Positions 37,496 through 50,715 of a DNA stretch of 64,000 bases are shown piece after piece. Location: NCBI GenBank assembly GCA_965113315.1, contig OZ220370.1; one strand, 5' to 3'. Under the pieces are notes generated by a model, which saw only the letters and a program-made list of their open reading frames with translations, was not told the DNA's origin and made no database searches. Every line of letters starts with the position of its first letter. The stretch's first letter is position 1. A program made the position numbers and the translations under genes. This DNA comes from Podarcis vaucheri. Its lineage: Eukaryota.

Positions 37496-37622
37496 CTTCT
37501 GCTGCTAGAGGATCCTGCACGATTTCCCGGTCCATTACTTGACACCACTGAAATAGCATTTGCAATCGCCTCGACAGCAGATAACCTTTCAGCAAATGTG
37601 TTCCTTTCGGAGCGCTCTGCTT
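37496..37622 (-). CDS. UBR5: UBR5 exon 22
   Basis: AERSERNTFAERLSAVEAIANAISVVSSNGPGNRAGSSSSR; tandem acceptor cagAAGCAG. Confidence 0.93.
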
Positions 37623-38377
37623 CTGAAGCATAAAGAAGAAACTTGGCATCTGTTTTTTGGAGAGACATTAAACACTAAAGAACAGAAAGCTTCTCTGTCA
37701 ATTTTATATAAAATTTGTATATGAAATCAACATGGAATTTCTCAATATTAATATGCAAATGTATAATGATGACAATGGGTTTGATTACTGAATAGCAAAA
37801 AAACTCCACAGCAGAGAAGAGAAAGACAGGACAATTTAAACTGGAAAACACATAAGACACGAATACACAACTGGGCAATTCTAGCACTCAGTGGTAAGCA
37901 GGAAAGGTTAGGTTCTTTTTGCTAAATAAGGAAACCAGTCTCCAAGCAGCCCCATAAATCATTCATTTGCTAGACATCACATTCAGAGGTTCAGAAACAT
38001 GTATGTACTTTAGAGATTTGGTAAATGAATTTGCTTGCTTTCCCCTCTACTTCCTCACCCCTATTTCCTTTGCAGCATGCTTAGTAGATTTATATGCTGT
38101 TATTTTTAAAATTGTAGGTGGCCTTGAGCAAGTTAGGAGAAGGGTGTAAATGGTGTAGAAATGTATTTTAAATGATTTAGAAAGTACACTTTCTTCTGCT
38201 CTTAGTTCCTCAAAAACTTCATGTATTTTGCCCCACTGCAGACACATACAGTATACATAGATGTTTCCATATTTCTAGTTTAATAGGATTCTGTTTTGTA
38301 GATCTCCAGTTCATGCTGTAAAACACAGTTTTAATGCATCATACAGGCCAATTTTTGACATAAATTGCTCCTTTCCA

Positions 38378-38380
<3 letters not shown>

Positions 38381-38422
<42 letters not shown>
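38381..38422. repeat. (CT)n microsatellite
   Basis: About 20 CT units. Confidence 0.95.
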
Positions 38423-38428
<6 letters not shown>

Positions 38429-39053
38429 TTTGTTTTGTTTCAACAGTCATAACCTTATGCTTCAAGTTCACAATGGCCTGTTTCGTCTTGAAATTCCTGT
38501 CTTTCTGCAAGCGTCATCTGCTAATTTCCCCCAATGTACATTAGCGGCAAGAATTATGGCTGGATTCCAAGCACTTCCACACATGCAGGCAATGGAGTTG
38601 GCGCTAGCTTCTCCGTGCTGCTTCGAATACTGCACCAGATGGTCCCATAACCTCCAAGCACAGCTTTTCAGGACTGGAAGACTGCAGTGGGAAGGGAGCC
38701 TTGAAATAGCCTGATACAAGCATGGAACATTGAGTGCAGCATTTCAGATCCCACCCTTATTTCCAAGTGACTTAATTTACCAAGTGGAAAATGTGATGCT
38801 GAGCTGAAACTTGTTGCCAATTGGGACATTTGTTTCCCTTTCTACCATACTCTCTTCCTGCATTTTCCAACCGGATTGCCTTGCTAGTTTATGACAAGTC
38901 TCATTACTAATGAAGTTGCTGTGCATGTGTGTACCTGTGTCTGTGTTTGTGTAACTATTTCAGAACAGGTTTTGAACAATTCTGACTCATCTTTCTAGCC
39001 TTCATGCAAAAGCTCTCAGAAGAATCTCATCAGCATGAGATCACTGAACTCAC

Positions 39054-39264
39054 CCTCTTCCTCTTTTGTTTCTTTATTACTGGTTGGAAAGCACACAGAT
39101 ACACAAGCATGCAGAATATTTCGATTTCCATCACATCTGTGACTGAGGAAAGTCTGCAGCATTTGTGGATTCTGATCCAAGACAACAGCTTGCTCGAGGT
39201 TCATCAAATACTGTCTGCAGGCCTCATAGTCACATCGGAGAATATGCTGCATTAAAGTTTGCTT
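39054..39264 (-). CDS. UBR5: UBR5 exon 21
   Basis: KQTLMQHILRCDYEACRQYL...RCDGNRNILHACVSVCFPTSNKETKEEE. Confidence 0.95.
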
Positions 39265-40362
39265 CTGTGCTCAGAAAAATTGAGAGAGACATTAATAAAA
39301 CAAGAGCAAGCAACATTCCCTTGCCCTATGCTACATTCTGCAGCCTCTTTTAGCATCAGTACTTTATCCTGAACTAAACAAAGTATGGGATACAAATGAG
39401 ATAAATATCTAAAACTGATCGTGTAACATTTTAAAAAGTGCAGGATCAACAAACTGATTTGAGCACAGGCGGGTTGGGAATCCTAGACCCCAGCTACAAT
39501 GCTTTTAAAATTGCATGTGTGGCAAACAAATTTTAGTTATGCATTTATTTACATTTTAAAAAGCTTTATATCCCATTTATCCCTTTCATAAAGAAGTTGT
39601 CTAAAGTGGCTTGCAAATAAAAAGCAAACATAAAAGCAACGATAATCCGGTTATGAAAACACAAATTAACAACATTTAAAAAGCAGCTAAAAAGTAAACA
39701 CACTAGCACTAGAAGTCAATATTTAAGCAACAGAATCAAAAGCTTGTTTTAAAAGAAGTTTTCATTTGCTAGTGGAATTTAAATAAAAAGGACTATAACC
39801 TATTTTAGCATTGTTTTTAAAATCATTTTTAATACCTAGATATCCCATCTTATTAAAAACTGTTATTTAAAGTTAATTTCTGGGGTGGATGAATTTTTTA
39901 AAATAAATCACAGTATCTGAAAATGATGTCCCAAAACTGCTATCACAGTAAAACAGAGAGAAGATGAACGTACACAACTATTTGCACGTGATTCTATGAA
40001 TCTATGTGCTCTTTTGGGTTTGCCCTTCCTGACCAACTTAAAAGTGGAAATGTGAATTAAGCTATCTTTTTAAAAAATCACATTTTCTCCCTCCATTAAA
40101 GAGAAGTTAGGTCCAAAGCACCTATAAACAGTAATAGCAAACATTTGAACAAAAAGTAGACTTTATACTAGAAGTATCAATTTAGGCAGCTGCATTTTGT
40201 AACTAGCAGTAAGCTACTTCTGTCACAGAGCTCTCATATCTAAAATTACTCTGTTTATATATATTTGTAAAATGGAAAAGTTCAGTTGAAAACACTGAGT
40301 AATCCAGGTGGTGCAGGATAATGTCTCTAAGAGAGAGTATCGCAGATATATATATGAATTAC

Positions 40363-40560
40363 CTCAACAGCCATTATAATGATAGCAGCTTTCTTTTTGA
40401 TGGTTGAATTGGCAGGAAGGTTTGTTAAGGAATGAACTCCCATTCCCAGGCTGCTAATAGGTGGAAGATCAAGCCAATCAGGGTCTCTTATTCCACCCAT
40501 ACAATCTTTTGCCATTGGATATATAGTGCCATTTCCATCTCGAAGAATGATTGGAGATTC
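40363..40560 (-). CDS. UBR5: UBR5 exon 20
   Basis: ESPIILRDGNGTIYPMAKDCMGGIRDPDWLDLPP...IIMAVE. Confidence 0.95.
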
Positions 40561-40742
40561 CTGCACAAAAAGTAGATTTTTATAAAATTCAAATTGTCAT
40601 TATTTTTCTCATTCGTTATTGATTTGTAGCTCTATCACCTGACATATCAACATAGATGCACTGATGAAGCCAGTCTGGTGTTCCTGCTGATATGCCCACA
40701 CAGTGCTGACGTCCCCATCACCTGATACCTCTCCCTCCAGGT

Positions 40743-41128
40743 AAGGTAAGGTAAAGGTAAAGGACCCCTGGACAGTTAAGTCCAGTCAAAGGCGACTATG
40801 GGGTGTGTCACTCATCTCGCTTCAGGCCGAGGGAGCCGGCGTTTGTCCATAGACAGCTTTCTGGGTCATGTGGCCAGCATGACTAAACCGCTTCTGGCGC
40901 AACAGAACACCATGACGGAAACCAGAGCGCACGGAAACGCCATTTACCTTCCCACCACAGCGGTACCTATTTATCTACTTGCACGGGTATACTTTTGGAC
41001 TGCTAGGTTGGCAGAAGCTGGGACAGAGCAATGGGAGCTCACCCTGTCGTGGGGATTCGAACGGCCGACCTTCCGATTGGCAAGTCAAAGAGGCTAAGTG
41101 GTTTAGACCACAGCGCCACCCGCGTCCC
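40743..41128 (-). mobile_element. Full-length Sauria SINE
   Basis: (ACCTT)n tail, ggtacctatttatctacttgca core, tRNA head GGGACGCGGGTGGCGCTGTGG; TSD tccaggt. Confidence 0.92.
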
Positions 41129-41666
41129 TCCAGGTTGTGTCAGACAACAGGTGTAGTACCTGTCATCCTCACCGACCACTCCTGCAAATATCCAGAATGG
41201 ACTAGAAGACCGAGTTCAAATGCTTTCTTAGTGCAGTTTGAATATGGGAATACATATACATTACTACAATATCTAGTATCAGAAGCATGCATGATTGTGT
41301 CCCTCTCTTCTTTGTGTGAGGATAAAACACTGGCGAGTCGTGTCTCTTCAAATTCTGCAGTTAGGTTGCAAGGCAAGTAAGAGGAGAAGGGATTCTTCCC
41401 AAGATCCATTAACTTCTGTCAGTAGCTTACAAAGCCTTATCCCTCACTATAACATTGATCTACCCACCTTTTTCTTTTTCTTTACCACTTCCTTCACCAG
41501 ATAGGGATCAGGAGCACTGACAGTCAAGTTAAGTCTGCCATGATGATTTATTTTTCTACATTTCTTGTTTAATGGAATCATTTATCAACATTAAGTAACC
41601 CATTAAAGAGGTACTTTTAGGGTGGTAGGAAACACTGAAAATGCATGAAGCTGAGAAGAAACAAAC

Positions 41667-41821
41667 CTGTCCAGCAGTGAAAATAGCAACACTCCTCTCA
41701 TTCTGCCCAAGGAAAGCAATACTGCTAGTGGGGAAATTGTTTTCTTGTTCTGCTTTTCCAGTTGCAAGATCAAATATGCAATATCTAACCCAGTTCCCGG
41801 TCTTCAGGACGGCATGTACTC
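41667..41821 (-). CDS. UBR5: UBR5 exon 19
   Basis: VHAVLKTGNWVRYCIFDLATGKAEQENNFPTSSIAFLGQNERSVAIFTAGQ. Confidence 0.95.
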
Positions 41822-42016
41822 CTGAAAGAGTGCAAAAAAGGACACTGACCAACAGACTATTTCCTCCAAAAAATATTTCAAACCATTAAACTAGCAAATA
41901 TTGATTCATGAAATTAAGATGACTCAGTTTAACAATTCTCTAATAGGATAAGTACCTTCCTTTTTTCTAAAGCAAACAATAGATAAAATGAGAAGGGAAA
42001 AACCCTTCATCCTTAC

Positions 42017-42128
42017 CTTTGGAATCTACATTCACAGCTAGGATTTCTGTTTTTTCTGGAATACATAACTTTTTAGGAGTCCTCTGAAAACAATCTGGAA
42101 CTTTTGGTGTCCCACCAGTTTTTACCAC
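42017..42128 (-). CDS. UBR5: UBR5 exon 18
   Basis: VVKTGGTPKVPDCFQRTPKKLCIPEKTEILAVNVDSK. Confidence 0.95.
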
Positions 42129-42775
42129 CTGTAACAAAAGCAGATTTCTGTACTTCCAATGCAATCTACAGAATTGGCTTAATTCCCCCCTCTTTAAGAA
42201 TGTACAATTTGCTTGAAAAGACTAGGATTCTTCTGCAACAGCAGCCAACCAGATGCCTAACAAGCTCATTAGCCGTGCATAATGGTGAAAGTCATCCCCT
42301 CTTTTTTTCTCCCCAGCATGTGATAAGCGTAAGTATGCCATCTATTAATGTGAGGGCTACACTTAGCTGTCATAGCTAACAGACAATGATCAACCCATGA
42401 ATCGATCTACACTTTTTAATGCCATCTAAGCAAATGACCAGCACTACATCCCAGCCATGTATTTAAAGTAATTTATGTGTTGCGTGAAGTTCTTTCTTTT
42501 GCCTGTTCCAAACCTACTGCCTAATGTCACAGACTCCAGATTCTTATAAAAGAAAAATTACTCTGTGTGTAATTTCTCCCCTTAGATGTCTGTCTTTCTA
42601 GACTAAAAAATATGCAACTTCTGAAGACTTTACTTTTAATATCTCTGGTTCTTATATTCTCAAAGTCTGACACCTCTTTGAGATGGAGTGATGGAAGTGA
42701 ACATAAACTCTAGAAATTATGGCCACAGCAGAGATAACAGCTTCAAGGGCCAAAGTCCTGGCATTGCAAACATAC

Positions 42776-42919
42776 CTGGAGCTCATCTATCCTGAGCAAC
42801 CGACAATCTTGGAGAAGAGAAGATGGATCAGGATCCGAACCAGAGCTGTTTGTACAATTTGCAGTAGTAGATGTCCCCGGAAATTTTACAGCAACATAAG
42901 CACCATCCACTTTCAATAC
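42776..42919 (-). CDS. UBR5: UBR5 exon 17
   Basis: VLKVDGAYVAVKFPGTS...SSLLQDCRLLRIDELQ. Confidence 0.95.
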
Positions 42920-43180
42920 CTATAAAAGAGAACATATTGCATAGTGTTGAAGCAGAATTAAAAACTCTCTGAAGTGAAATGGAGGTTCGGGAATCTTAAA
43001 CTGTACTTCAAACATCCAGAAAAGCAAGCAGTGCCACCACACAAAACCAGATTTTCACCAACAATACAATTTCAAACCACTATGGCTAGGTTTGCTGTAA
43101 AACAGCTTTCTTCTATCCATTTTTAAAGGATTAGTACACAGCAAATTAAAGGAAACTAAGAAAGCTTATTTTATACAAAC

Positions 43181-43293
43181 CTTCCCAACAGGAACATTCT
43201 TAACATCTTCCACAAACACAACTTCCCTAAGAGACCACTGTTCTTCATTCACTTTCTCCTCTTCTTTTGGGGCAGGGGTAGATCGCCGCCGCT
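43181..43293 (-). CDS. UBR5: UBR5 exon 16
   Basis: [37 protein letters not shown]. Confidence 0.95.
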
Positions 43294-43612
43294 CTTAAGA
43301 AAAAAAGGAATAAATTAAAAGTCTCCTTTGTAGCATGTCTGTGACACACAAATTCTATGTCTAAAAAAGTAGCACATGGCTACTTATGTCACTTTTCACA
43401 GGAAGTGCCTTCTGTGAAGTTTGCGCCATCTACTAAAATTGTATTTTGCTAATTTTATCCTGTAAGTATTCCTCTATGGAACACTGTTTCTTACATTATT
43501 CATTGTGGGGGTTCAGGAATTAAATATGGATATATTAATATAATTGGCAGACATTGCACCACAGTGGTTTTCGACGAGGCAAAAAACCCCAAAACCTCCC
43601 CATATGACTTAC

Positions 43613-43722
43613 TATATGGCATTGATGCACTGCTTGCTATTGAAGAAGCATCACTACAGGTAGAAGCTGGAGACGGTGGTGGACCCATTTCAGTTTTCAC
43701 TGGTTCCTGTTTGCTTTCAGGC
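43613..43722 (-). CDS. UBR5: UBR5 exon 15
   Basis: PESKQEPVKTEMGPPPSPASTCSDASSIASSASMPY. Confidence 0.95.
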
Positions 43723-44072
43723 CTAGGATTTAAAAAAAAACACACACAAGGCATTTGTTACATTTATTTTCCATTAATACAATGTGAAAACTAGTCAACA
43801 CTTTGGACAGAGATACTAATTTCTGAATTGTTTGTTAAGTCAACAGACGTTTTTGCTGATGCAATATAACAGCAAACATATACTGCTACAATATACAGAA
43901 GAACTGTTTATGGCCATTTTCAAACCATTAATTTGTATTGGGGGGAAATCAACATACTCTTAAGTATGTGGTTTGCCGGTATGAAAAGGCAATGCAAAGC
44001 ACATTCTTTGTGTGACCTGCTTCTTTCAAGTATTTGTTAAACAATCTTCAGAGCAATATTTACAGCCCCCTA

Positions 44073-44406
44073 TGTGGGTTAAACCACAGAGCCTAGGGCT
44101 TGCCGCTCAGAAGGTCGGCGGTTCAAATCACGATGGGGCGAGCGCCCGTTGCTCGGTCCCTGCTCCTGCCAACCTAGCAGTTCAAAAGCGCATCAAAATG
44201 CAAGTAGATAAATAGGTACCACTCCAGCGGGAAGGTAAACGGCGTTTCCATGCGCTGCTCTGGTTCACCAGAAGCAGCTTAGTCATGCTGGCCACATGAC
44301 CCAGAAGCTGTACGCCAGCTCCCTCGGCCAGTAAAGCGAAATGAGCACCGCAACCCTAGAGTCTGCCACGACTGGACCTAATGGTCAAGGGTCCCTTTAC
44401 CTTTAC
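44073..44406 (+). mobile_element. Sauria SINE (slightly 5'-truncated)
   Basis: tgcaagtagataaataggtacc core; ccctttacctttac tail. Confidence 0.9.
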
Positions 44407-44536
44407 TGCACTCATGTCTGTTTCATTTATGGAAACAGTGTGGAGCTGGAGTACAGAGACCCACAATCTAATGACAGTTCAAGATCTTTTTCAGCCACCA
44501 TCTACTGTGTCCGTGTCAAAAGTTTAGAACACTTAC

Positions 44537-44721
44537 TTTGCTTCAGTTGTTTTACTAGCTTTCTCCATGTTCTTTAAACTCTCTGGTGACCGGAGCTGAA
44601 ACCTACAGCTGTCATTCATATTCCAAACAGATTCCATTAAGACGCCAACTTTAGGAATCCCAGCGCTAATTGAAAAAGCAACAGCTCCAGCATGATAGAG
44701 AGGATTATTTCTCAAACACAC
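44537..44721 (-). CDS. UBR5: UBR5 exon 14
   Basis: VCLRNNPLYHAGAVAFSISAGIPKVGVLMESVWNMNDSCRFQLRSPESLK... Confidence 0.95.
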
Positions 44722-44932
44722 CTGCAATCAATCAACAAGGGAGGTAAACAACTATTTTTATTTGTTTGTTACCCACCCTTCACCCTAAAGCCCCATTCAT
44801 GCCAAATGAAGAATCAAAACTATGTAAGCAAAACAACACTTAGAAGAGGTTAAGTACTTAATATAGTTTTATCAGGTTTTTTAGTAGTGGCATATGGAAT
44901 ATTATCTCTATCTTAGCTGCAAAAGTCTCTGA

Positions 44933-45072
44933 ATGGGTGTAGCCAATAGGGTGCACCTTCCAGATGTTTCTGGACTACAACTCCTATCATCCTATCAATT
45001 GGCTGTGCTGGCTAGGACTGATAGGAATTGTAATCCAACAGTATCCGGAGGGAACCACATTGGCTACCCTTG
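44933..45072. mobile_element. hAT-like MITE (degenerate)
   Basis: Palindromic gtagccaat..ggactacaactcctatca..tgataggaattgtaatcc..attggctac. Confidence 0.65.
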
Positions 45073-45418
45073 TTTCCTACCACATAGTTTCCTAATAAGG
45101 GCACTTGGTTTGAAGGGAAGGAAAAGGTTAAGGCAAAAGGGCAACTACAGGCACACCAGCATATCGGAAACTTTTTAGGAGCAACAGTGACAACGTAGAG
45201 GAGAAAGGCAAGAGCCTAATATGGTTGCAGCTAGTTCACAGCACAGAGCTGCGTATGAACAGGTGGTTTAAGCTCTGTCACTTCAGGTTATGGGAGCACT
45301 TACGTTAGAGTCTATCTGCAGACTATTTGCACATGTCACTGCATCATACAAAGGGTCTTAATGGCGGATTTGTTTCTTCTCAAAGCTTTAAAATGTCACA
45401 CAGTAAGCCTCTACATAC

Positions 45419-45536
45419 CTGAGTACCAACAGTGATATTTGGCATTGAGGAGATACCAGCACTAGACTTAGGCTTTTTATTTTTGGCTCTAGCCTTTTCC
45501 AGCATCTTCTTCCTTTGGCTAAAAGGAACTACACCC
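45419..45536 (-). CDS. UBR5: UBR5 exon 13
   Basis: GVVPFSQRKKMLEKARAKNKKPKSSAGISSMPNITVGTQ. Confidence 0.95.
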
Positions 45537-47523
45537 CTAGGAGGAAAAATACTAATATAAGGTTAAAAAAAAAAAGAGCTGCGTTATCTTTATTATCCAT
45601 AAATGTGATTTTCAAGGTGATGTGGTATTGATTAAAAGGAAAAAAGAAGTGCATTTTCAAATGTTTATTTCCAGAGCTAATAAAATAAAATAAGATCTGA
45701 GAAGCTGAGCTCCCGAAAACATTATTCCTGCTTACAGGAGGTTCCATGTAGTCATATGTATAGGAAATGTGTCTGTGTAAACCAAACAGGTCCCTCCAAG
45801 AAAGTCTGAAAAAACTGAAAGCTCAGGGATGCTGCTGCCAACCCTCACTCGTACACAGCAGCGTTCCACACATCAGCCAAGGAGGCAGAGGCAGCATTTC
45901 CCCACTTAGTTCTACCAACAAACCATTGTATACAGCATGACCAAAGACTTGCTTTTGAATTGATTTCTTAATTGAAGTATTTTTAAAGTGCCCTTCATCC
46001 TAACTCAAGCAAGGGCAGCATATAAAACTTAACATGCCAAGAATACAATACAATAAAACAATACAGCAACATCACGCATAAAGCAATCAGAGCCAAGTGA
46101 AAGTTTCAACAACTGTGATTGTTAATCAGTGTCTGGAAGAATTAGGAAAACAATATATAGATAAAGGCTTTAAGCCATTACAAATCTGTACAACCTGGCA
46201 AAAGCACAAAAGAGTTTAGACAGTTTCAGAGTAATATCCTCCCTGCACCATCAAACCGACACACTTATCACACATAAAATCTTATTTTATTTACAAAAAT
46301 CAACTAGCACTATTAATAAGCAACTTGGCTTTTGTGCTAGTTTAGACATAAGGCCCCAATGAAAGAATGGAAGTAAAATTAAGCAATTAGAACTTCTATA
46401 TTGCACCCCTGCTTCTAAACATATTTTCGCAAGTGAAACCCCCAAAGGACACAATACCTACTCACCCACTGACTGCCAACACAAAACTGGACTGATCCTA
46501 CAGAAGATGCTTAACCACCTGTGATGAAATGCCTCAACTATAATAATCACAGTTGTGTCTTAGACAACTCCAATAGGGATATCAGCCTTGTAGAAACATT
46601 TATTTATAGATTTTTATGTCATATGCAGTGGAATATCTATTGTCGTAAAGCTGTGAAGGTTTGTTACGGTAATAAAGCATTAGCTCTTCTAACTCTGAAA
46701 GCATCCTAAATACAAAATTCATTAAAATAATTCTGCGTCAAGTCACTTCAATGCTTTAAGGACAAGAGCATGTTTTGTTTCTCTTTGATCCAAGTACAGT
46801 CCTTTCTTCAAAGCAATGTAACCTCCTAAAGAATTCTAACTAGAAGAGAAAATCCAGTTCCATTAAAAAAAGAGAAAGATGCATATGAACAAGGATGGGT
46901 AAATTCAGTGTACCTTAGTGACCCAGTTCACACCATGGTAAAAACCAGTTATTGGTTTATTTGGTTAACATGCCAATCTTACCCACTTTGCTCCTGTATG
47001 AGCCACAATCACTGTCTTAGCTTTATGTCAAAACTAGGGATAATGGTTAGTTTCAGTCAAACAAATAATGCTCAGGGAGCTAAGAACAAACCTTGACCAC
47101 AGGTTGTAGTCTGAAGCAAACAAACCATAATCTTTGGTTTCAACATAATGCAAAACCACAGATCATGGGGAAATCACAGAGGGAAATGCTATGAATAAGT
47201 CAGACATTAAATCGTTATAACAAAAGGGGGAAACGCTATGGAAAATAGCTTAGAATTTTTTTTGCTCTCTGGCACCATCTGGTGTTGCATGTTTATAACA
47301 CATTCAAAACACTGTTTCTTGACTAATATAGCCAAGTCCATGGTATGTTTCTCCCATTCATTAGTCAGGCAATAGCACAGGGGGCAAGATCAGCATATTC
47401 TTAGTAAACCATTAACTGCTGTTTACCATGACATGTGAACAAGGCCGATGTCAACTTCTCTTCTATTGGTTTTCAAAGAGCAAAAAACCATTATTTGGAC
47501 TCTGAACTGAAATATACACTTAC

Positions 47524-47678
47524 CACCAGTACAGGTTATTCTCCAGCTGAGCACAGGTATAAAGAGCGCAGCAATGCAGGGAAACTATCCGCTCTCCTTG
47601 AAGTTCAGAGTACGTCTGTGCCGTATGTTCTAGTTTAGAAGCTACAGAACTCAAGGTTTCATCTACCCAGGTAGCTAC
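47524..47678 (-). CDS. UBR5: UBR5 exon 12
   Basis: VATWVDETLSSVASKLEHTAQTYSELQGERIVSLHCCALYTCAQLENNLYW. Confidence 0.95.
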
Positions 47679-48244
47679 CTAAAAGGAATAGAGCACAGCC
47701 CTGGAGTGGATCTTAACAAAAATATGCCTTTGTATTCATGCAGGGCACGATACAAAACAATGAGAATATAATCTTGAGATTATTCAGGTACAACCACTTC
47801 CAGTATAGTGCTTTGAAGTTTTCCTTCAATCCTTTTTGTTCTAAGCATGCCTTGGCCCTGCTACAACCATTTTATCAAGCCAGAAGTAGTTCACATTATC
47901 ACAGAACTCCCCCACTGTACCCATGTCTGCAAGACTTTGTACACAGTCCCTCCTCACTTCCTTGAAATGAACAGGAAGCTTTCGTAGGTGGAGCCGCGAT
48001 ATGCATCCAGCAGAGAGCACAGAGTGCCTGGACTTTATTTAGAAATCTTGATCTCAGAATATTATGCTAGAATATTTGGATTAGCAACTTTTAATACAAT
48101 GGACTTGTTAGTCACTTGAGACCAAGGGGAAGTTTGTCATTAAGGAAGACAAACCTATTTCTGAAACCTTAAGTGCTACATTTCTATGGAAAATAAGCTT
48201 TCTAAGACACATGGACAAGAATAACTCAAGACCCTGCTTTATAT

Positions 48245-48377
48245 CAGGGATGGCTACCCTGTTGCCCTCCAGATTTTGACAGCCTATAACTCCTGTCGGT
48301 CTCAGACAGTATGGCCAACTGTCTAGGATGATGGGAGCTCTAGTTCAACAACTTCTGTCACAGGATAGCCACCCCTG
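48245..48377. mobile_element. hAT-like MITE
   Basis: cagggatggcta..tagccacccctg termini; 8-bp TSD ctttatat/ctttacac (6 of 8 match). Confidence 0.7.
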
Positions 48378-48694
48378 CTTTACACATTCTCTACTTTTAC
48401 AGCAGCTTCATTTTTTTCTTATGGATTATTCTTCTAAAGAAGGAAAGTTTCTTTAATTTTGTTACTAGGCCAAAGTCTTCTCAATTTTAACAGCAAACAG
48501 AGTCAATACATTCTTTTATCTTCTTTCTAGCATGCCCTGGCTTGTTTTTGTGATGAAAAGTTCTTGCTTCAAGGTTATTCACAAAACCAATCTCTGCAAA
48601 TGATTTGCTCAAGGCCAGCTGTAATCTTTTTCTATAGAATGGCAATGCAAGGGGGAGATTAAAAGCACTGAATTTTATCCTCGGTGTTTCGTAC

Positions 48695-48805
48695 CTTATT
48701 GTTTTCTGTGGCAACAGTTGCTCTGATGCTGTTTGCAGAAAGGAGGACGATCTTCTCGTTGGTTAATCCCAGGGACACGGCACGTGGGTGATGTATAGAA
48801 GGATT
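48695..48805 (-). CDS. UBR5: UBR5 exon 11
   Basis: NPSIHHPRAVSLGLTNEKIVLLSANSIRATVATENNK. Confidence 0.95.
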
Positions 48806-49525
48806 CTTTGAAACAAAAATGAAGCAGACAATATTTTAAAATGCCGCCACTGAAATAACACTTGTGGCTACCAAACATTTGGCAGGGAGGGAGACCTAGT
48901 CTTTGTCTCTCTCCCAAGTCATAACAAGGGAACAGTCATTACCCCATACCAAGAGCAATGGTATACCTTTTGCCATAGAAGCAAATGGGCGCTATTCATA
49001 TATGACAGAACGTTACAAGGAAGCCAAGCAACACATCAAAGAGCCCCACCACTTTGCTATGGCTGCTCCTCTCCAGCTCTCAGGTTGCTGCTGCTGCTGA
49101 GGGGAAGGAGGAAAGATGCACAATTTCAAGCACAGCCGGAGGCAAACCTTTCCTGACTGACTTTCTCCCAGCCACTGTAATCTTCAATTAAAATGGCGAA
49201 GCTGCTAAGGAAGAGGAACTGGCAGTGGCTTTCCAGATCCAGCACTAGTTCACACTGAAGTGTAATCAAAGCAAAAACTGTAATGTAAAAGATTTTCCAC
49301 ATCTGCTTTGATACCATGTGGATGACTGGACACAAGACTTAACTTCTGAATGTGTATTTGTCCTGCAAGACAACACTATGCTTGGTAATTGTTTATTTAA
49401 AAATTCAATAAGGTTTGTAATAAGAATTTTTAAAGATGCACAGGAAGCTCTGTACTTTTTTTTTAAGCAACTACATTTTTGTATACAAGAGATTCCCACA
49501 TTTTACAGAACATAGCTAGACATAC

Positions 49526-49642
49526 CTGTGCATTTCTGTAAGGTTCAGATTCACTCCATTTCCACTGATACAGCTCCCCTTTACTGCTCACTGCCACAAG
49601 CTCAGAATACAGAGCACCAATAGAAATAAATTTCATCCCATC
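49526..49642 (-). CDS. UBR5: UBR5 exon 10
   Basis: DGMKFISIGALYSELVAVSSKGELYQWKWSESEPYRNAQ. Confidence 0.95.
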
Positions 49643-50715
49643 CTATAAAAGCAAACAAGTGAAGCTTAAAACTTCAATATTATGAGTGCTAAACACTCAC
49701 ATATATTATAAGTTCATCACAAAGAAAAAGAACTGTTCAGACCATTTGGTGTCTGTGAGAAGGTGACAGGTTATAAGACATAGTTTTATATTTGGTAAAA
49801 ATAATTATTTTAGATTGTATTTTATTTCTGACATTGTTAGGGTTTGGGCTGTATCATTAGTGGATTCTGTGTAATTTCAGAGATGAAATTTAAGGGGCTC
49901 TAAAACCAAAACAGCACAAGTGACTCTTGAAAGATTTATCAGGAAACGCTAACTTCTGTATACTCAGTGGTTCAATGGTTGTAGATGAAGAAATGAGAAA
50001 GGTTTTACAAAGGAACACGTGTAGTGGATTATATGGTCATTCCTCTAACACTGGCTATACAAGTGGAAGAGTTTCTAGTTCTATTAGGACTGAGAGGTGT
50101 CCTATACAGAAACCAATCCTTGGAGTAATATAGAAGAGGAGTCACAAAGGAGGGTTTGGTGGCCACCTGAATTTGAATTAGTCTTCATTCAAAAGAAATG
50201 ATGGAATGTTTTGTTGTCATCTGTAGAAACCTCATCTGGAGAAGCTGAAGAAATGCTGTTGTGCTTTGAACAAATCACTGAATTATTAAAATCAAAGCTG
50301 CTGAGTAAGTCATGATTTTCAGGAAGAAGAAAACAGACCAAGCTTAGGTATGATAGGAATTGCTGGACTATTATGCATGAATTGAGGAGGTCGTTTGTTA
50401 AGATGAATGAAACCATGGAATTCCAAGATTTAGAATTTCTCCTTGAATTAAGAAGAGAATATAAGCAATGGAAGCAGCAAAAGAAAATCAGGTGCTATGC
50501 AGTTTTGAACACATATTATGCTTGCATCAAGAGGCAGATAATCTTTCTGGAAACTGATAGTGACGGAAACAAACTGAGTGCCTATTTTTGAATTACCTTT
50601 ACATTCAGCCTAACAGCTTTCTGATAACCACTTGAATTGGTGTGGTGAAATGCTGCGGCCTTTCAATGGAGCATAAGACATTTTGATCCAAATTCTACCT
50701 GATCATCAGGGATCA

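Noticed and set aside
40655-40685. CTGATGA followed by a small hairpin (possible third hammerhead)
   Set aside because: The required GAAA and stems I/III are absent.
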